DNA of 64,000 bases. It comes from Felis catus. Lineage: Eukaryota. The notes beneath the pieces are model-generated. The model was not told the origin of the DNA. It did not search any database and saw only the letters and a program-made list of their open reading frames with translations. Position numbers and translations under genes: made by a program. Position 1 is the first letter of the stretch. The number at the start of each line of letters is the position of its first letter. Shown piece after piece: positions 1-11,410 of this stretch. Location: NCBI RefSeq assembly GCF_018350175.1, contig NC_058382.1:58716001-58780000 (forward strand), given 5' to 3'.

Positions 1-18
1 CTCTGGGATTTGTCAGGC

Positions 19-28
19 CCTATAAAGG
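19..28. promoter_or_regulatory. CArG-box motif CC(A/T)6GG (SRF-type), also TATA-like
   Basis: CCTATAAAGG inside the inverted repeat CAGGCCCT-ATAA-AGGGCCTG; CCAAT at 59-63. Motif match only. Confidence 0.3.
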
Positions 29-455
29 GCCTGTGATCTTTCAACAGTTAGGGCATCGCCAATAAGAGGTTTGCTTTGCGGCACTTGAAGGAGGAGGGCT
101 TTCTGGAGGGTGGCACGGGTCTCAAGTACCCTGAAGTCGGCTAATTCGGCTCGCTTGGAATAACAGACATTTAACACCTTCCATTGTTCTGGGCCTGGGC
201 CCCAGAGCCCTGCTGGGACTGGGGGGCCGCGGGTTGGGTTCCTCCGGTTCACAGGGGAGGCCGCCCTCCTCAGCACCAGGTCTGAGACCCAGTCTCCCCC
301 TAGCAAGCCTACCAAACCTGAGGGATCTCCACACCCCACACCTGCCTCCTTGGAGGAGGAAGCGGGGCATGGGATCTCGTAGTGTCAACAGCCCCTTAAG
401 CGATAATCCTAGACGTACTTGCCCCTCATGGCTTTTCTTATATTTGCCATTTCAG

Positions 456-506
456 TTCCTGACGAGTGGGGGATCTGAAAACCACCACATTTCTTCCTAT
501 TGTAAA
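456..506 (+). other. Candidate 51-nt exon of an unidentified + strand transcript
   Basis: Branch-like CTCAT (425-429), pyrimidine tract gcttttcttatatttgccatttcAG|, donor AAA|GTAAGT. Reads FLTSGGSENHHISSYCK (phase 0) or xPDEWGI* (phase 1). Confidence 0.35.
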
Positions 507-519
507 GTAAGTGTCTTAT

Positions 520-814
520 GTTTATCATAAAACAAAACATTCAGTATAGAAAGTTGATTAAGAAAGGGAAACACTTAAGGAATAATTTCTTGATTATCCA
601 TAACCCTGCCATTTGGGGATTAGCCACTTTACGCATTTTGCTATATTTTCTCTCTCTTTCTCTCCATTTATGTACATGTGTATAACACAGTTAGAATGAT
701 ATAATTTTAGATACTGTTTTCCCCATAACCACTGTATCATGAAATGTTTCTGTTCCTTTAAAGTATCATTTGGGAACATGTATATTTAAAAATAATTGTC
801 TTTTAATGTTTATT

Positions 815-867
<53 letters not shown>

Positions 868-1470
868 GCACGAACGGGGGAAGGTCAGAGAGAGAGGGAG
901 ACACAGAATCTGAAACAGGCTCCAGGCTCTGAGGAGTCAGCACAGAGCCCGACACGGGGCTCGAACCCCAGAACCGCGAGATCGGGACCTGAGCCCGAGT
1001 CGGACGCTCAACCGACTGAGCCGCCCAGGCGCCCCAGAACACGTATGTTTTAAAACTGAAAAACCGAACCCTGTTGTGGACAACAAAGAAGATGCTTCGG
1101 CAGAGTGAGCAGAAATGCCAAGACAGGACGCAGCCCGTCCTACTCCTGACCGACGTGGGGGCTGCTCCTGGACGGGCACCTTCGTACACGAGGATGCGGA
1201 TGCAAATCCTTGGACGCGAGTCGTGTGTGTTTGTTTCCTGCGGTAACTTCCTGGTGCAGGAGCCACAGCTCAGAGGGTGTGGACGCTTCTAAGCTACTGC
1301 GTGCATACTGACAAGTCACCGCGTGGAGAGGCTGTAAATTCACGGACCCGTCCCCCAGCTGTGCCCGCGAGCACCTGTATCTTTCCACCTTGGTGTTCAG
1401 GCCTTTGCCTTGTTTTTTTGTTTTTTGTTTTTGCTAATTTAAGGAGCCAGGACTTGGAGTCACCACTGTG
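520..1470 (-). mobile_element. Ancient L1M (L1ME-like) 3' fragment, interrupted by a Can-SINE
   Basis: ccataaccctgccatttggggattagccactttacgcattttgc and the 1220-1470 stretch (tttttgctaatttaagg) resemble the L1M 3'UTR/ORF2 end as recalled. Confidence 0.6.
801..1035 (-). mobile_element. Can-SINE (feliform type)
   Basis: Minus strand GGGGCGCCTGGGCGGCTCAGTCGGTTGAGCGTCCGACT head, (CT)n tract, A-tail; degenerate TSD gaaca(t/c)gtat..ttaaaa. Confidence 0.95.
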
Positions 1471-1860
1471 GTTCTGAGACACCTGACTTCACTTCTAAAC
1501 ACCTTCATCTGGTCCATTAGCTACCACACTGGGAGACAGCAACTGCGGGGTGTTATGGGAACGGAGAGGCCGGCTCTCCGTCTGTGAGAGCATCAATTCC
1601 TTTTGCAGAGCTCAGGCATGGGGACAGGGGTCACCCCTCTGAACAGCTATCAATCGTGGCTGCCTGTGGGCAATTTGCTGGAGAGGCCAGCCCGGGGAAA
1701 CTGGAGCCGGAGGAAGGGGGCACAGAGACTTCTCGTGAGATTGTAGGTGGGAAGGATGGCTTGCAAAGTCACCCCCTGTGGCTGAAAGAAGCTTGCTGTA
1801 AGGAGCCTGCCCCTTTTAAAAAGCAAACACAAGAAATGGACCCTTTGAAGGGTCCGAACC

Positions 1861-2340
1861 CATGACATTCGGCGCATTCACGGCATCGTGCAGTCGCCAC
1901 CTCTGTGTGGTCCCCCGACATCTCCGTCGTCCCCAAAGACACCAGGCCCGTTCGCACTCCCCGTTCTCCGTAGGCCGGCCTGGAACCGCACATCCGCCCT
2001 CCGTCTCCCTCACTTGCCTCTTTGGGATATTTCACGGAAGCGGGGCCCCACAGCTGGCCAGCCTTTGGGTCTCCCTGCCCCCCGCATCACCGTTCCCAGC
2101 TGCTGCCTGCCGTGCCCGGGGCTCGTACGGCTGGGCGATAGGCCACCGCCTGGACGGACCGCGGTCCGTCCACCCAGTCCCCTGCTGACGGACACTTGCA
2201 CCGTTCGCAGCTTTGGGTTACGTCCGCAGCAGTGGGATTGCGGATCTCACGGACACTCCGGATTTAACTTTCTGAGGAGCTGTCGGACGGTTTTCCACAG
2301 CCCCGCCCCTTCCACGTTCCCACCAGCAGGGCAGGGGGGG
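1861..2340 (-). mobile_element. L1MA/L1MB-type 3' end, strongly GC-shifted
   Basis: Collinear L1M landmarks, e.g. tttaactttctgaggagctgtcggacggttttccacagc and ttcccaccagcag. Confidence 0.8.
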
Positions 2341-3133
2341 TCCGATCTGTGTACAGAGGGAGAGATAACGGCTTATTCCAGCAGCATCTTCCCGAGGCGC
2401 CGTCCTGCCTTCTTGGTCCACGTAACAATCCCAGCGTGGCACTCCCGTGCTGTCACCTGGCCGGCGGTCTATTTGAGACCCTTGGCAGGCCACAGCCCCC
2501 TTAACGTTCTGATGCCTCCACCTCCTGGCTATGCCTCCACCCCTCCCGCCTCAGTTTCCTCCCTGAGGAAACGACGCAGTTACGTCTAGTTGACTGGCTA
2601 CCCCAAGCCCCGTGCCAGGCGTGTGGTGGCGCCTCGTAATGACGAGCCGTGAGGTCCCATCCAGGAGGCACGTGGGGGGCCGTCAGAGGCCGACCGAGGG
2701 ACCCCCGAGCCTGTGCGGTTTCACCAGCTCACTACGTTGCCATCGATAATGCGAAACAGACGATTAGAACCACATCTGAGCACGACTGACAAGTGCCTCT
2801 AATACATACAGAAATGGCCAGAGGGGGTGGGTCTGAGCCAGTCTGGTTCCAGTGTCCCTGTGACAGAGAGGATGGTGTGGCCGTCAGAGGGGACCGGATG
2901 CCCCACCTCTGTGGCCTAGCAGGCTCCGTATAAAACCTTCAAGGGCTAAATAAATGCAGTAATTTACAGAGAAGAGGCCTCCCAGGGCTGCCTCTGGCAC
3001 TGAGGCCTGAGGACCAGGCCAGCATCTGTCTTCTCGGGTGACGTGTTCCTGTCAACAGTCACCCTAGCGGGAACAGGACCCAGCAAGACAGTGTGGCAGC
3101 CTCCCTTCCGCTCTGTGTTCTTCTTGGTGGTGA

Positions 3134-3343
3134 AGGGGAGGGGGCAGCTGCAGGGCTGCAGGGCAGGGAAGGGGAGGGGAGGGGGAGGGCAGTGCTGCAG
3201 GGCTGCAGGGGAGGGCAGGGGAGGGCAGGGTGAGGGCAGTGCTGCAGGGCTGCAGGGCAGGGGAGGGCAGGGGAGGGCAGGGCTGCAGGACAGGGAAGGG
3301 CAGGGGGAGGGCAAGGGAGGGCAGGGCTGCAGGGCAGGGAGGG
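3134..3343 (+). repeat. G-rich imperfect tandem repeat (GGGCA / GCTGCAGGGCAGGGGAG units)
   Basis: Repeated gctgcagggcaggggagggcagg motifs. Confidence 0.9.
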
Positions 3344-3631
3344 CTCAGTTCTCTGTCCCCAGTTGTCCTGGCTCCCTGAGGCCCCTACGGGATCAGAGCC
3401 GAGTCCCCCGGAAGTCCAGGCTCCCTCAGGGACGCAGGGCTAAGTGTGGCGCAAAGCCTCGCAGGCCCAGAGCGAGCAGGATGGGAGTCTGGACCCGCAG
3501 TCCAGGCAGGTGGGCTTCCAAGGAGCGCGGGGCACACGCCCTGGCCTTGCACGGAGGTTGGTTCTAGAGCACGCTCTTTTCAGCATGCTGTGATCTCGGG
3601 CAAATCTCACATCTCTCCAAGGGGTACATTT

Positions 3632-3650
3632 GTTTCAATTTTATCTTTGT

Positions 3651-3681
<31 letters not shown>

Positions 3682-3829
3682 CTAGCAGAGGAGGGGGATG
3701 GGATGGGGGGGGAGAGAGAATCTTAAGCAGGGCCCACGCTGAGCTGGGCTCGGTCCCACAACCCTGGGATCGTGGCCTGAGCCCAAATCAAGAGTCGACG
3801 CTTAACCAACTGAGCCACCCAGGTGCCCC
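3632..3829 (-). mobile_element. Can-SINE (older feliform subfamily)
   Basis: ccaaatcaagagtcgacgcttaaccaactgagccacccaggtgcccc; (AG)n; degenerate TSD aaggg...cattt. Confidence 0.92.
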
Positions 3830-3961
3830 AAGGGACCCATTTTTATCTACAAGACGAAGACGAGCAATTTTCACCTGCCAGGGTGGTGAAATGAACCAAA
3901 CACAACGTTCGTTGACAGGCATAAATAATTTCGCGGGTGTGGAAAGGGGGCGTGTTTCGGC

Positions 3962-4475
3962 TAGCGGCGTCCAATGCAAATATAACTCAAGCCACACATG
4001 GAATTTGAAATTTTCTAGTGACCGCGTTAAAAAAGATGTAGAAAGAAACAGGCGGAACTGATTTTAAAATACCTTAACCCGGGGCGCCTGGGTGGCGCAG
4101 TCGGTTAAGCGTCCGACTTCAGCCAGGTCATGATCTCGCGGCCTGTGAGTTCGAGCCCCGCGTCGGGCTCTGGGCTGATGGCTCAGAGCCTGGAGCCTGT
4201 TTCCGATTCTGTGTCTCCCTCTCTCTCTGCCCCTCCCCTGTTCATGCTCTGTCTCTCTCTGTCCCAAAAATAAATAAACATTGAAAAAAAAATTAAAAAA
4301 ATAAATAAATAAAATACCTTAACCCAATATATCCAACGCGTTATCCTGCAGTTAATGTGAAGATGGGAGATATTTAAAATTCCTTTATACTAACTCTTCA
4401 AAATATGGCAGCACATCTCAGTTCAGACCAGCCACACTGCCAGGGCTCAGTAGCCATGTGTGGCTGTGCAGTGTG
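3962..4475. mobile_element. MER33-like hAT-Charlie DNA transposon, split by a Can-SINE
   Basis: gtccaatgcaaatataactcaagccacac...gaaattttctagt...aacccaatatatcc...gcacatctcagttcagaccagccacac...gctcagtagccatgtgtggct. Confidence 0.85.
4081..4310 (+). mobile_element. Young full-length Can-SINE (SINEC_Fc-like)
   Basis: GGGGCGCCTGGGTGGCGCAGTCGGTTAAGCGTCCGACTTCAGCCAGG head; perfect 15-bp TSD AAAATACCTTAACCC at 4066-4080 and 4311-4325. Confidence 0.98.
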
Positions 4476-4769
4476 TCTAGAACCATCCTATTTCCTGGGC
4501 AAGAGGAGTCCCACCCGGGGTGGGGGGGTGGGGGGTGCTGTCTGCCATATCACCAGTCTGTCCTGATGGGGCACTGGCTTCCCGAGGGGGGAGACGGTGC
4601 AGAGGTGGGGATCAGGTAGGTCCTTGCTAGTTCCTTCCACAGCTTTAGGGTTTGATACGTTTGGGGGCGGGGTTAACTTAAAAATCTGTTTGCATATAAA
4701 GAAGATGCAAATTTTAGCGAGAAGGATGCTCACTGCGGTGTCATCACGATAGGGTGGCTGTGAAATCAG

Positions 4770-4885
4770 GCAAGTGGCCGCAGAAATCGTCACCTCGAGC
4801 TAACTGGTGACCTGGACAAGGCGGGGGTGGGGGTGGTGGTCAGTGACCGGGGGAGGGCGGAAGCCAGGCGAGTGGGTGAGAAGGC
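4770..4885 (-). mobile_element. L2 fragment
   Basis: ggtgacctggacaagg...ggcggaagccaggcgagtgggtgagaag resembles the L2 core. Confidence 0.45.
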
Positions 4886-4987
4886 CGGCGATCCCATTTC
4901 TGTGTTTTAAGTAAGAACACCTGGATGGACATCGACCAAAATGTTCACTGTCATCTCCGGCTGATGGAGCACGGTGGGTTTTTGGCC

Positions 4988-4992
<5 letters not shown>

Positions 4993-5024
<32 letters not shown>

Positions 5025-5215
5025 ATTTTTGGGACAGAGAGAGACAGAGCATGAACGGGGGAGGGGCAGAGAGAGAGGGAGACACAGAATCGGAAACAGG
5101 CTCCAGGCTCTGAGCCGTCAGCCCAGAGCCTGACGCGGGGCTCGAACTCACGGACTGCGAGATCGTGACCCGGCTGAAGTCGGACGCTTAACCGACTGCA
5201 CCACCCAGGCGCCCC
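4993..5215 (-). mobile_element. Young Can-SINE abutting the A-tail of the next SINE
   Basis: Long pure poly(T), near-consensus body, head ends ccacccaggcgcccc at 5215. Confidence 0.97.
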
Positions 5216-5444
5216 TTTTTTTTCTTTTTTTAATTTTTTTTTCAACGTTTATTTATTTTTGGGACAGAGAGAGACAGAGCATGAACGGGGGAGGGGCAGA
5301 GAGAGGGAGACACAGAATCGGAAACAGGCTCCAGGCTCCGAGCCATCAGCCCAGAGCCTGACGCGGGGCTCGAACTCACGGACCGCGAGATAGTGACCTG
5401 ACCCGAAGTCGGACACGTAAGCAGCTGAGCCACCCAGGCACCCC
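5216..5444 (-). mobile_element. Can-SINE
   Basis: Tail tttttcaacgtttattt, consensus-like body, diverged head acacgtaagcagctgagccacccaggcacccc. Confidence 0.97.
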
Positions 5445-5504
5445 TGTCCATCTTTATTAATATTAACATTAATCCCGTCCTCCTGACAGCCACAGACAGG
5501 AAGG

Positions 5505-5630
5505 CACTCGCACCGTCCCCAGGTTACAGATGAGGAAGCCACGCATAGCAAGGGTTAAGTAACTGCCCGGGTTCACGCTCCCGGTGAACGGTGGTGCCCA
5601 GGTTCTGAAGCCAGACCGTCTACCTCTAGA
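5505..5630 (-). mobile_element. MIR fragment
   Basis: ccccaggttacagatgaggaagcc...ggttaagtaactgcccggg (MIR core, reverse). Confidence 0.75.
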
Positions 5631-5924
5631 CCACACGCCCCTTCTCCTTGACTACACAGACCATGGCCCCTTCCTCTAAATCCCATTTCTGCCTCCTGGC
5701 AGGGTGGACTCCATCCGTATCTCTGACTCTTCTGTGCCTCCCTGGGGGTCCCAGCTTGGTGGGAGCCCAGTGTTGAACTGACCCTCAGCCACCGCTGACC
5801 CACTGCAGCAAGAGAAGGTGTGTGCCTTCAGTGCTCTGCTTTGGGCCCGGAGCAAAATCAAGGGAGTCTTAGGATCAGGACTGGAGGAACTGCAAAAGGA
5901 GAAGTGTGAACAGCCAAGAAAATG

Positions 5925-5927
<3 letters not shown>

Positions 5928-5971
<44 letters not shown>
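5928..5971. repeat. (GT)n microsatellite
   Basis: About 22 perfect GT units. Confidence 0.98.
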
Positions 5972-5974
<3 letters not shown>

Positions 5975-6624
5975 CTGTGCGGGTATATTTTCGTGGGGTG
6001 GGAGCTGGAGAGGGGGGCTGTTTAGTTTAGGCAAAGGCTCAAGCTGGTCCTTGCTGTTAGCAGGAAGCCCAAATGGGGAGCCAGGAAAAGACCCCAGGGA
6101 TGCCGCACGCCTCGGACAACGGCGTTCCTCCCTTCTCGTACCCCGGACTTGTACGCTCACAAGAATTTGCAGGACACCGTGCCGTGCGGGCGCTGTGCTG
6201 GCCCAGGGTGCCTGGTAAGGACAGCCAACACTGACAGGCCCCCCCCGGGGAGCCGTCAGGAGCGGGCGCGTCTGAAGAATGTCACCTCCGTTAACCGCTG
6301 CAACGCCCTCACCTGCCCCCTGAACTCCCAGCCCTGGCTGTCCCCAGGGCACCGAGGTGTGTGGCCAGAGTTCCACTTCCAGCACGCACAGAGTGGCCGG
6401 TGAGCGCTGCCTCGCCTCAGCAGCTCCGCAGACTGCCTCCCAGGGAGAAGCAGGCCTTTGTGGGAGACGATGGGTTCTCTTTGAGGAAGAGACCCCGGGA
6501 GCCTTAAGACATGCTGTTACCGGGCCGCCCGGAAGTTCTGATCTCACTGGTCTGGGTGGGACCCGGGATCAGTCTGGGTTTTGTGTTTGTTTTTGGATCA
6601 ACTCGGGTGATTCTCTAACCCTTT

Positions 6625-6768
6625 GCCACTCAGCGGGCGTCCCTGTCGTAAGAGTCCCGCTGGGTTTAACGCCCAGTGTCACTGTCTTGAAATTCATCAC
6701 TGTTGAGCGGGGAGGGGCCTGGTGCTTCCTTCCGGCCCTGGGCCCCCGGGGTTATGCAGCCCCGTCTG
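6625..6768. mobile_element. MER45A-like hAT element
   Basis: gggtttaacgcccagtgtcactgtcttgaaattc...ctgggcccccggggttatgcagcccgtctg. Confidence 0.7.
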
Positions 6769-7189
6769 CAAAGTTCTTCCTCCCACAGACCCAGGCTCCC
6801 GACTCAACACCTGAGGCCGGCCTGGGCTTTCTGGATGTTGTAAAATACAGATGGCGGCTTGTGGCGGCCCAGGTTATACAACACGAGGTAATCAATCCGA
6901 CGAGTAAACACAGCGTAGACAATCAAAACCAGCCACGGTGCAAAACGGGGCAGAAGGCTGAGAGGCCGTGAGAGGCAGGGACAGGACCGAGGGCAGGACC
7001 AAGGACAGGACCGGGGGCAGCACCTCACCTGGGGCCTGGCCCCCGCCCTCAGGGTTTGCTCCTTCACAGGGCTGATGGCGGTGCACCTCACCGATGCCTC
7101 CCCTTGCCTCTCCCTGCCCAGATGGTCTCTCTCCCTCCTCCGCTCCGCCAAGCTCCCCATTCCCTATAACCACCCGTGGTTGGGGGGGT

Positions 7190-7565
7190 GGCTGCTGGCT
7201 GATCCCCCAAAGTATGTCTACATTCTACTCCCTGCACCCTGTGGATGGGGCCTTGTTTGGAGAAAGGGTCTTTGCAGATGTGATTAGGTTAAGAGTTGCA
7301 GAGGAGACCATCCTGAATCCTCTCCCTAGACCAGAGGGGAGGAGAGGCTGTGAAGGACAGGGACAGAAGAGGAGGGACTCGGTCACAAGCTGAGGGACGC
7401 CTGGGCCCCTAAGACCTGGAAGAGGCGGGAAGGATCCTCCCCTCCAGCCTCTGGAGCGAGGCCCTGTGACACCATGAATCGGGGCCTTCTGGCCTCCCAA
7501 ACTGGGAGAGAATAAATTGTTGTTGCTCTAATCACCTGGTTGGTGGCAATTATTTTTGGCAGCTC
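7190..7565 (+). mobile_element. MLT1 (MaLR) solo LTR
   Basis: tttggagaaagggtctttgcagatgtgattaggttaag...ggaagaggcgggaaggatcctcc...ttctggcctcccaaactgggagagaataaattgttgttg. Confidence 0.88.
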
Positions 7566-8380
7566 CCTCCAACTTCTCTCTGCTTTGTTTTGTGCCAGCT
7601 TCCTGAGCTCTCCCCCGCCTGCTGTAAGCCGGGCGAGGCTCTGTGTGTGTGCGTGCTGCTCACGGCCGCGGCCCCAGTGCCTTTACAGCGGCAACCGGAG
7701 CCTCGGGGCCCCAGGGAGCGAGAAGCATTGCTCTGGTCCTCAAAGTGACCAGCGGGGCAGCAAACTGCCAGCAAAGCCCGGACCTCAGCCGCAGGCAGCC
7801 CGATGACTCCCGGGAGGGGTCCGCTCCTCTGACTCACCCCCGGAGACCCTCAGCCCCACCGCGAGCGCCCCAAGCCCTTGCCTTCCCAGCTGCCCAGCGT
7901 GCTCCCCCTTACTAGGGCCCCAGGACGCGATGCTCAAGTAGATGCCCATGCCGGTCTCTGCGTCTTAATTTAGATCATCCTGATGGATGGGTGTCCTGCC
8001 GACCATCTTCTTCGCGCCCCTCCCGATTCAGTCCTCCCTTCCCTGGCGGCCGACCTGCCTGGACTCCATCGTCCCATCCTGGCCTGTGCTCCTGGCTGGA
8101 GCTGGCAGCGGGGGCTCCGTGGACCACAGGACAGTGAGGGGAGGGAGGCTGGGTGCTCTCTGCTCCCTCCCCGCTGGGCCACCTCCACCTGGCGGGCGGT
8201 GTCCCCTACCTGAGGTCACAGCTCCCGTTGGGGTCCTCTCCATGTGGACACCCTGCCATGATGTCACCTGTGTCCCCTCATCCCTACAGTCCCCTGCTGC
8301 TGCCTCCCATCCCTCCCCCAGGTCCACGGACCTTGCCCACACCTTGCAAATGTTGCTGTTGTTAAAGCCCCTTCAATTTA

Positions 8381-8558
8381 CTTTTTGTTTAAGTTTATTT
8401 GTTTATTTTGAGACAGCCAGCCAGAGAGAATCCCAAGCAGGCTTCGCACTGTCAGCATAGAGCCCGACGTGGGGCTCAAACCCATGAACCGTGAGATCGT
8501 GACCTGAGCCGAAATCAAGAGCCGGATGCTTCACCGACTGAGCCAGCCAGGTGCCCCC
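8381..8558 (-). mobile_element. Can-SINE with short CT region
   Basis: gccgaaatcaagagccggatgcttcaccgactgagccagccaggtgcccc; TSD aaa(g)ccccttcaattta on both sides. Confidence 0.93.
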
Positions 8559-10629
8559 AAACCCCTTCAATTTAAAACCCAGTTCGAGGGGCTGTTTATT
8601 TCCAGCCCAGCGAGACCCGGACTGATCCCGTGTCCCTAACCGGGCTATTACCGGTTACCCGCTGTCCACGCACCTGACGCCCACTGGAAGGTGGGGTTCC
8701 GCGCCCAGCTTACACCTCGGAGGAGACACTCCCCGCTGGAACACGGGCTCGGGGAGCCCAGGGGCTTCGTCTTCCCTTTCCTGGAATTCCTGCTGAGATC
8801 GTGGCAGAGTCGCCCCTAGTCGTACGAAAGGGTCCAGGGAGGTGGATCCCCCAGGGGTAACGTTTCGCAAAACGGCCGTTCGAAGGTGCCAGCGGCGACT
8901 CGATGCTGACACCACCCACCTGGTCACTCACATCTCTGTCAGATCTACCTGCGGTCGTGCGCGCGTGTGAGCTCACGGGCGTGCACGGCGTGGGTCGTGC
9001 CGCCTCCGCACGCGGTCGTGGCACGGCACGTTTCCCTCAGCACCAGGAAGCTGTTAATCTGATTTCTCTGGAATTGGTATTCTAACCTGATTTCTTCAAG
9101 AGCCTCTTAAGACCTTATTTTGTGACGACTTTCCTCCCACTGCCAGAACCGTGCCTGGCACGTGACAGAGACTCAAACGCCTGTACCGGCTGAGCATCGG
9201 GTGCGTTTCGTCCTCAGGACCCCCCGTTTGCGCGGACGGGGAAGCGGGGCTCAGGGCTGGGCTCACGCTCGGGGTCTTGAGGCCCCGGGGGCCTCTGGAT
9301 GCAGGGGGTCCCGGGCACCCCTGTTCAACCTCGGCGTCTTCCCCTCCGTCTGCGGGTCGTCCTTCCCACAGCTGTGCCGGGCGGCCGTCCTCCGAGCCCG
9401 TCCAAGGCCGATAAAAAGTGCCGGGCAGGACGCGGCGGAGCCTGGAGCCTGGCCGGCCTGATAACTGGCTTCGCTTTGATGTTTTTCAAGTTCAGAACGG
9501 ACCCCGGGCCCCTTGGCCAGCGTTGCATGCTTGTTTATTTTTGTCGCCGTGTAGGCTTGTGTGATTTCCCCTTCCCAAGTGGGACAGCTATCATTATTGC
9601 TGTCATTACCCTATTGGAAACGTTGCTAAACGCACTCTCCCGCTCCACCCCACCCCTCCTTCCAAGCGCCTGAGGAAGACCACCCACGACGTCAGACCTT
9701 CCCTCCATTTAATTTTAGTCTCAGGATGTAAGTTTGCAATTTCATCACAATTAAAAAAAAAAAAAAAACCCAAAACCGAAACGAGACTGGTTTTCCCACC
9801 CCAGACCTGCGGACCGTCCCTCCCTGACAGGCGGGCTCAGGAGCTGCCCGAGAGTCCCCAAGAACGGCGAGCTTTCAGGGCACGGGGACCCGGGAACGGT
9901 TTCGCAAGAAAACACGGAATACTGTCCTAAGTTACGTTCCAAATGCGTTAGATCAGAAAAAGACCGCTAAGCTGTGTTCTTCTCATAAATACCAGTGAAT
10001 TAGTCAGAGGGCACGGGGAGTGCAGGGCACAGGAGAACCCACCACTTCCTCTCTGAGAGCACCCTGGGTCGGAATGTTCTAGATATTCAGGACACAGCGG
10101 CAAAGACCCTCACGATAACTCTGAGATCCCCTTGCAGGGTTTCCCGGCACGCTGCCCACCTGAACACAAGGCTTGTGTTTTATTTTCTTCCTTTCTTACT
10201 TATTCTTTGTCCTCATAAGTCCACGTCTGAAACACACGCGGAGTCCGTGTGCACTCGCGCACGCACGCACGCACACACGGGCAAGCACACACCCCCTGGG
10301 CGTTTCCCTCCCTCTGCTCCCAGCAGATTTCATTTCTCAGCCTCTTGGAAAATGTTGGAGTGGGGTTTGACCCGAATGAGATTCAAATGGGTGATGTGGC
10401 CCAGGGATCTCGCAGGCTCCCACAACCCAGGTTTCTTTTCTTTGTCATATTCCCTGTCTCCTTTTACGGTTTGTTTCTTCCTTCGGAGCAGTAAAATAAA
10501 TGTTTTCTCATCTACCTTCTGGGAGCACACTGGGGGAGAGGGATAAGCCTGTGTGTCAACCAACACCTACAGCCACAGTTTGGGGGTGAAAATGTTTTAG
10601 TTAAAGGAAAGGCCGTAGAAAGGAGTCTC

Positions 10630-11150
10630 AATCTATAAAACAATGCTTTAGCTCATGTTCAGTGAAGGAAAACCAAATTCTAACCACAGTGAAGCTGTTT
10701 TTCCAGTATCTCAGGGACGCTAGGTGTGACCACGCATGCTGCGCCCTACACAACCTGGGGGGGGCACCGTTCACCTGGGCGCAGTGCTGCGCCGTGGACT
10801 AAATGAGCAATGTGTGTGCTGGAGTGAGGGTCAGGGGCTCTCACACGTAGCTGGCTGCAGCGGATGCAAGACAAGCTGTTTGGAAAGACATATGACGGTC
10901 ACTACCAAAATTTCGCATGCACTTTCTCCGGGACCCTGCAATTCCACTCTTTGGGGGGTTGCCCCACCATGAGAGGGCACGTGCACTTTCAGAAGCCTGC
11001 AGGCAATGGGTGTGGGAGCAGAAGCTTGGACACAACCTAGACGTTCATGCACGGGGGGTGAGTCAGTGAACTGGGATCTATCCCGAAAAGGACGGGTGCA
11101 GCCTTCAGAATAAAGAGGCAGATTCACAAAGGCAGTGGTCCCTGGGACAT
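10630..11150 (+). mobile_element. L1ME-type ORF2-end/3'UTR fragment
   Basis: ttggaaagacatatg...gaccctgcaattccactc...ttggacacaacctagacgttca matches L1M landmarks as recalled. Confidence 0.7.
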
Positions 11151-11224
11151 GTCGCTCAGTGGGGGCCTCTGAGTGTGGAAGAGTCTGCATGCCGTCTGCT
11201 TCCCCCCAGCCCCCCGCCTTCCCC

Positions 11225-11410
11225 CATTAGCTGGGTGGTGTCAGGCACCTTGTTTAACCTTCTTTGCCTCACTTTGTCCAACTGTAAAGTGGGGATGATA
11301 ACGGCACCCACCCTGCAGGGCTCTGGAGAAGGTTTCGCAAATCAGTATGTGTAGAACGTTTAGGACAGTGCTTGCACAGAGCACGGGCTGTACAATCATT
11401 AGTTATTATT
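11225..11410 (+). mobile_element. MIR
   Basis: tttgcctcactttgtccaactgtaaagtggggatgataacggcacccacc...ttaggacagtgcttgcacagag. Confidence 0.8.

Noticed and set aside
4081..4170. tRNA-like A/B boxes
   Set aside because: These are the tRNA-derived heads of Can-SINEs, not tRNA genes.
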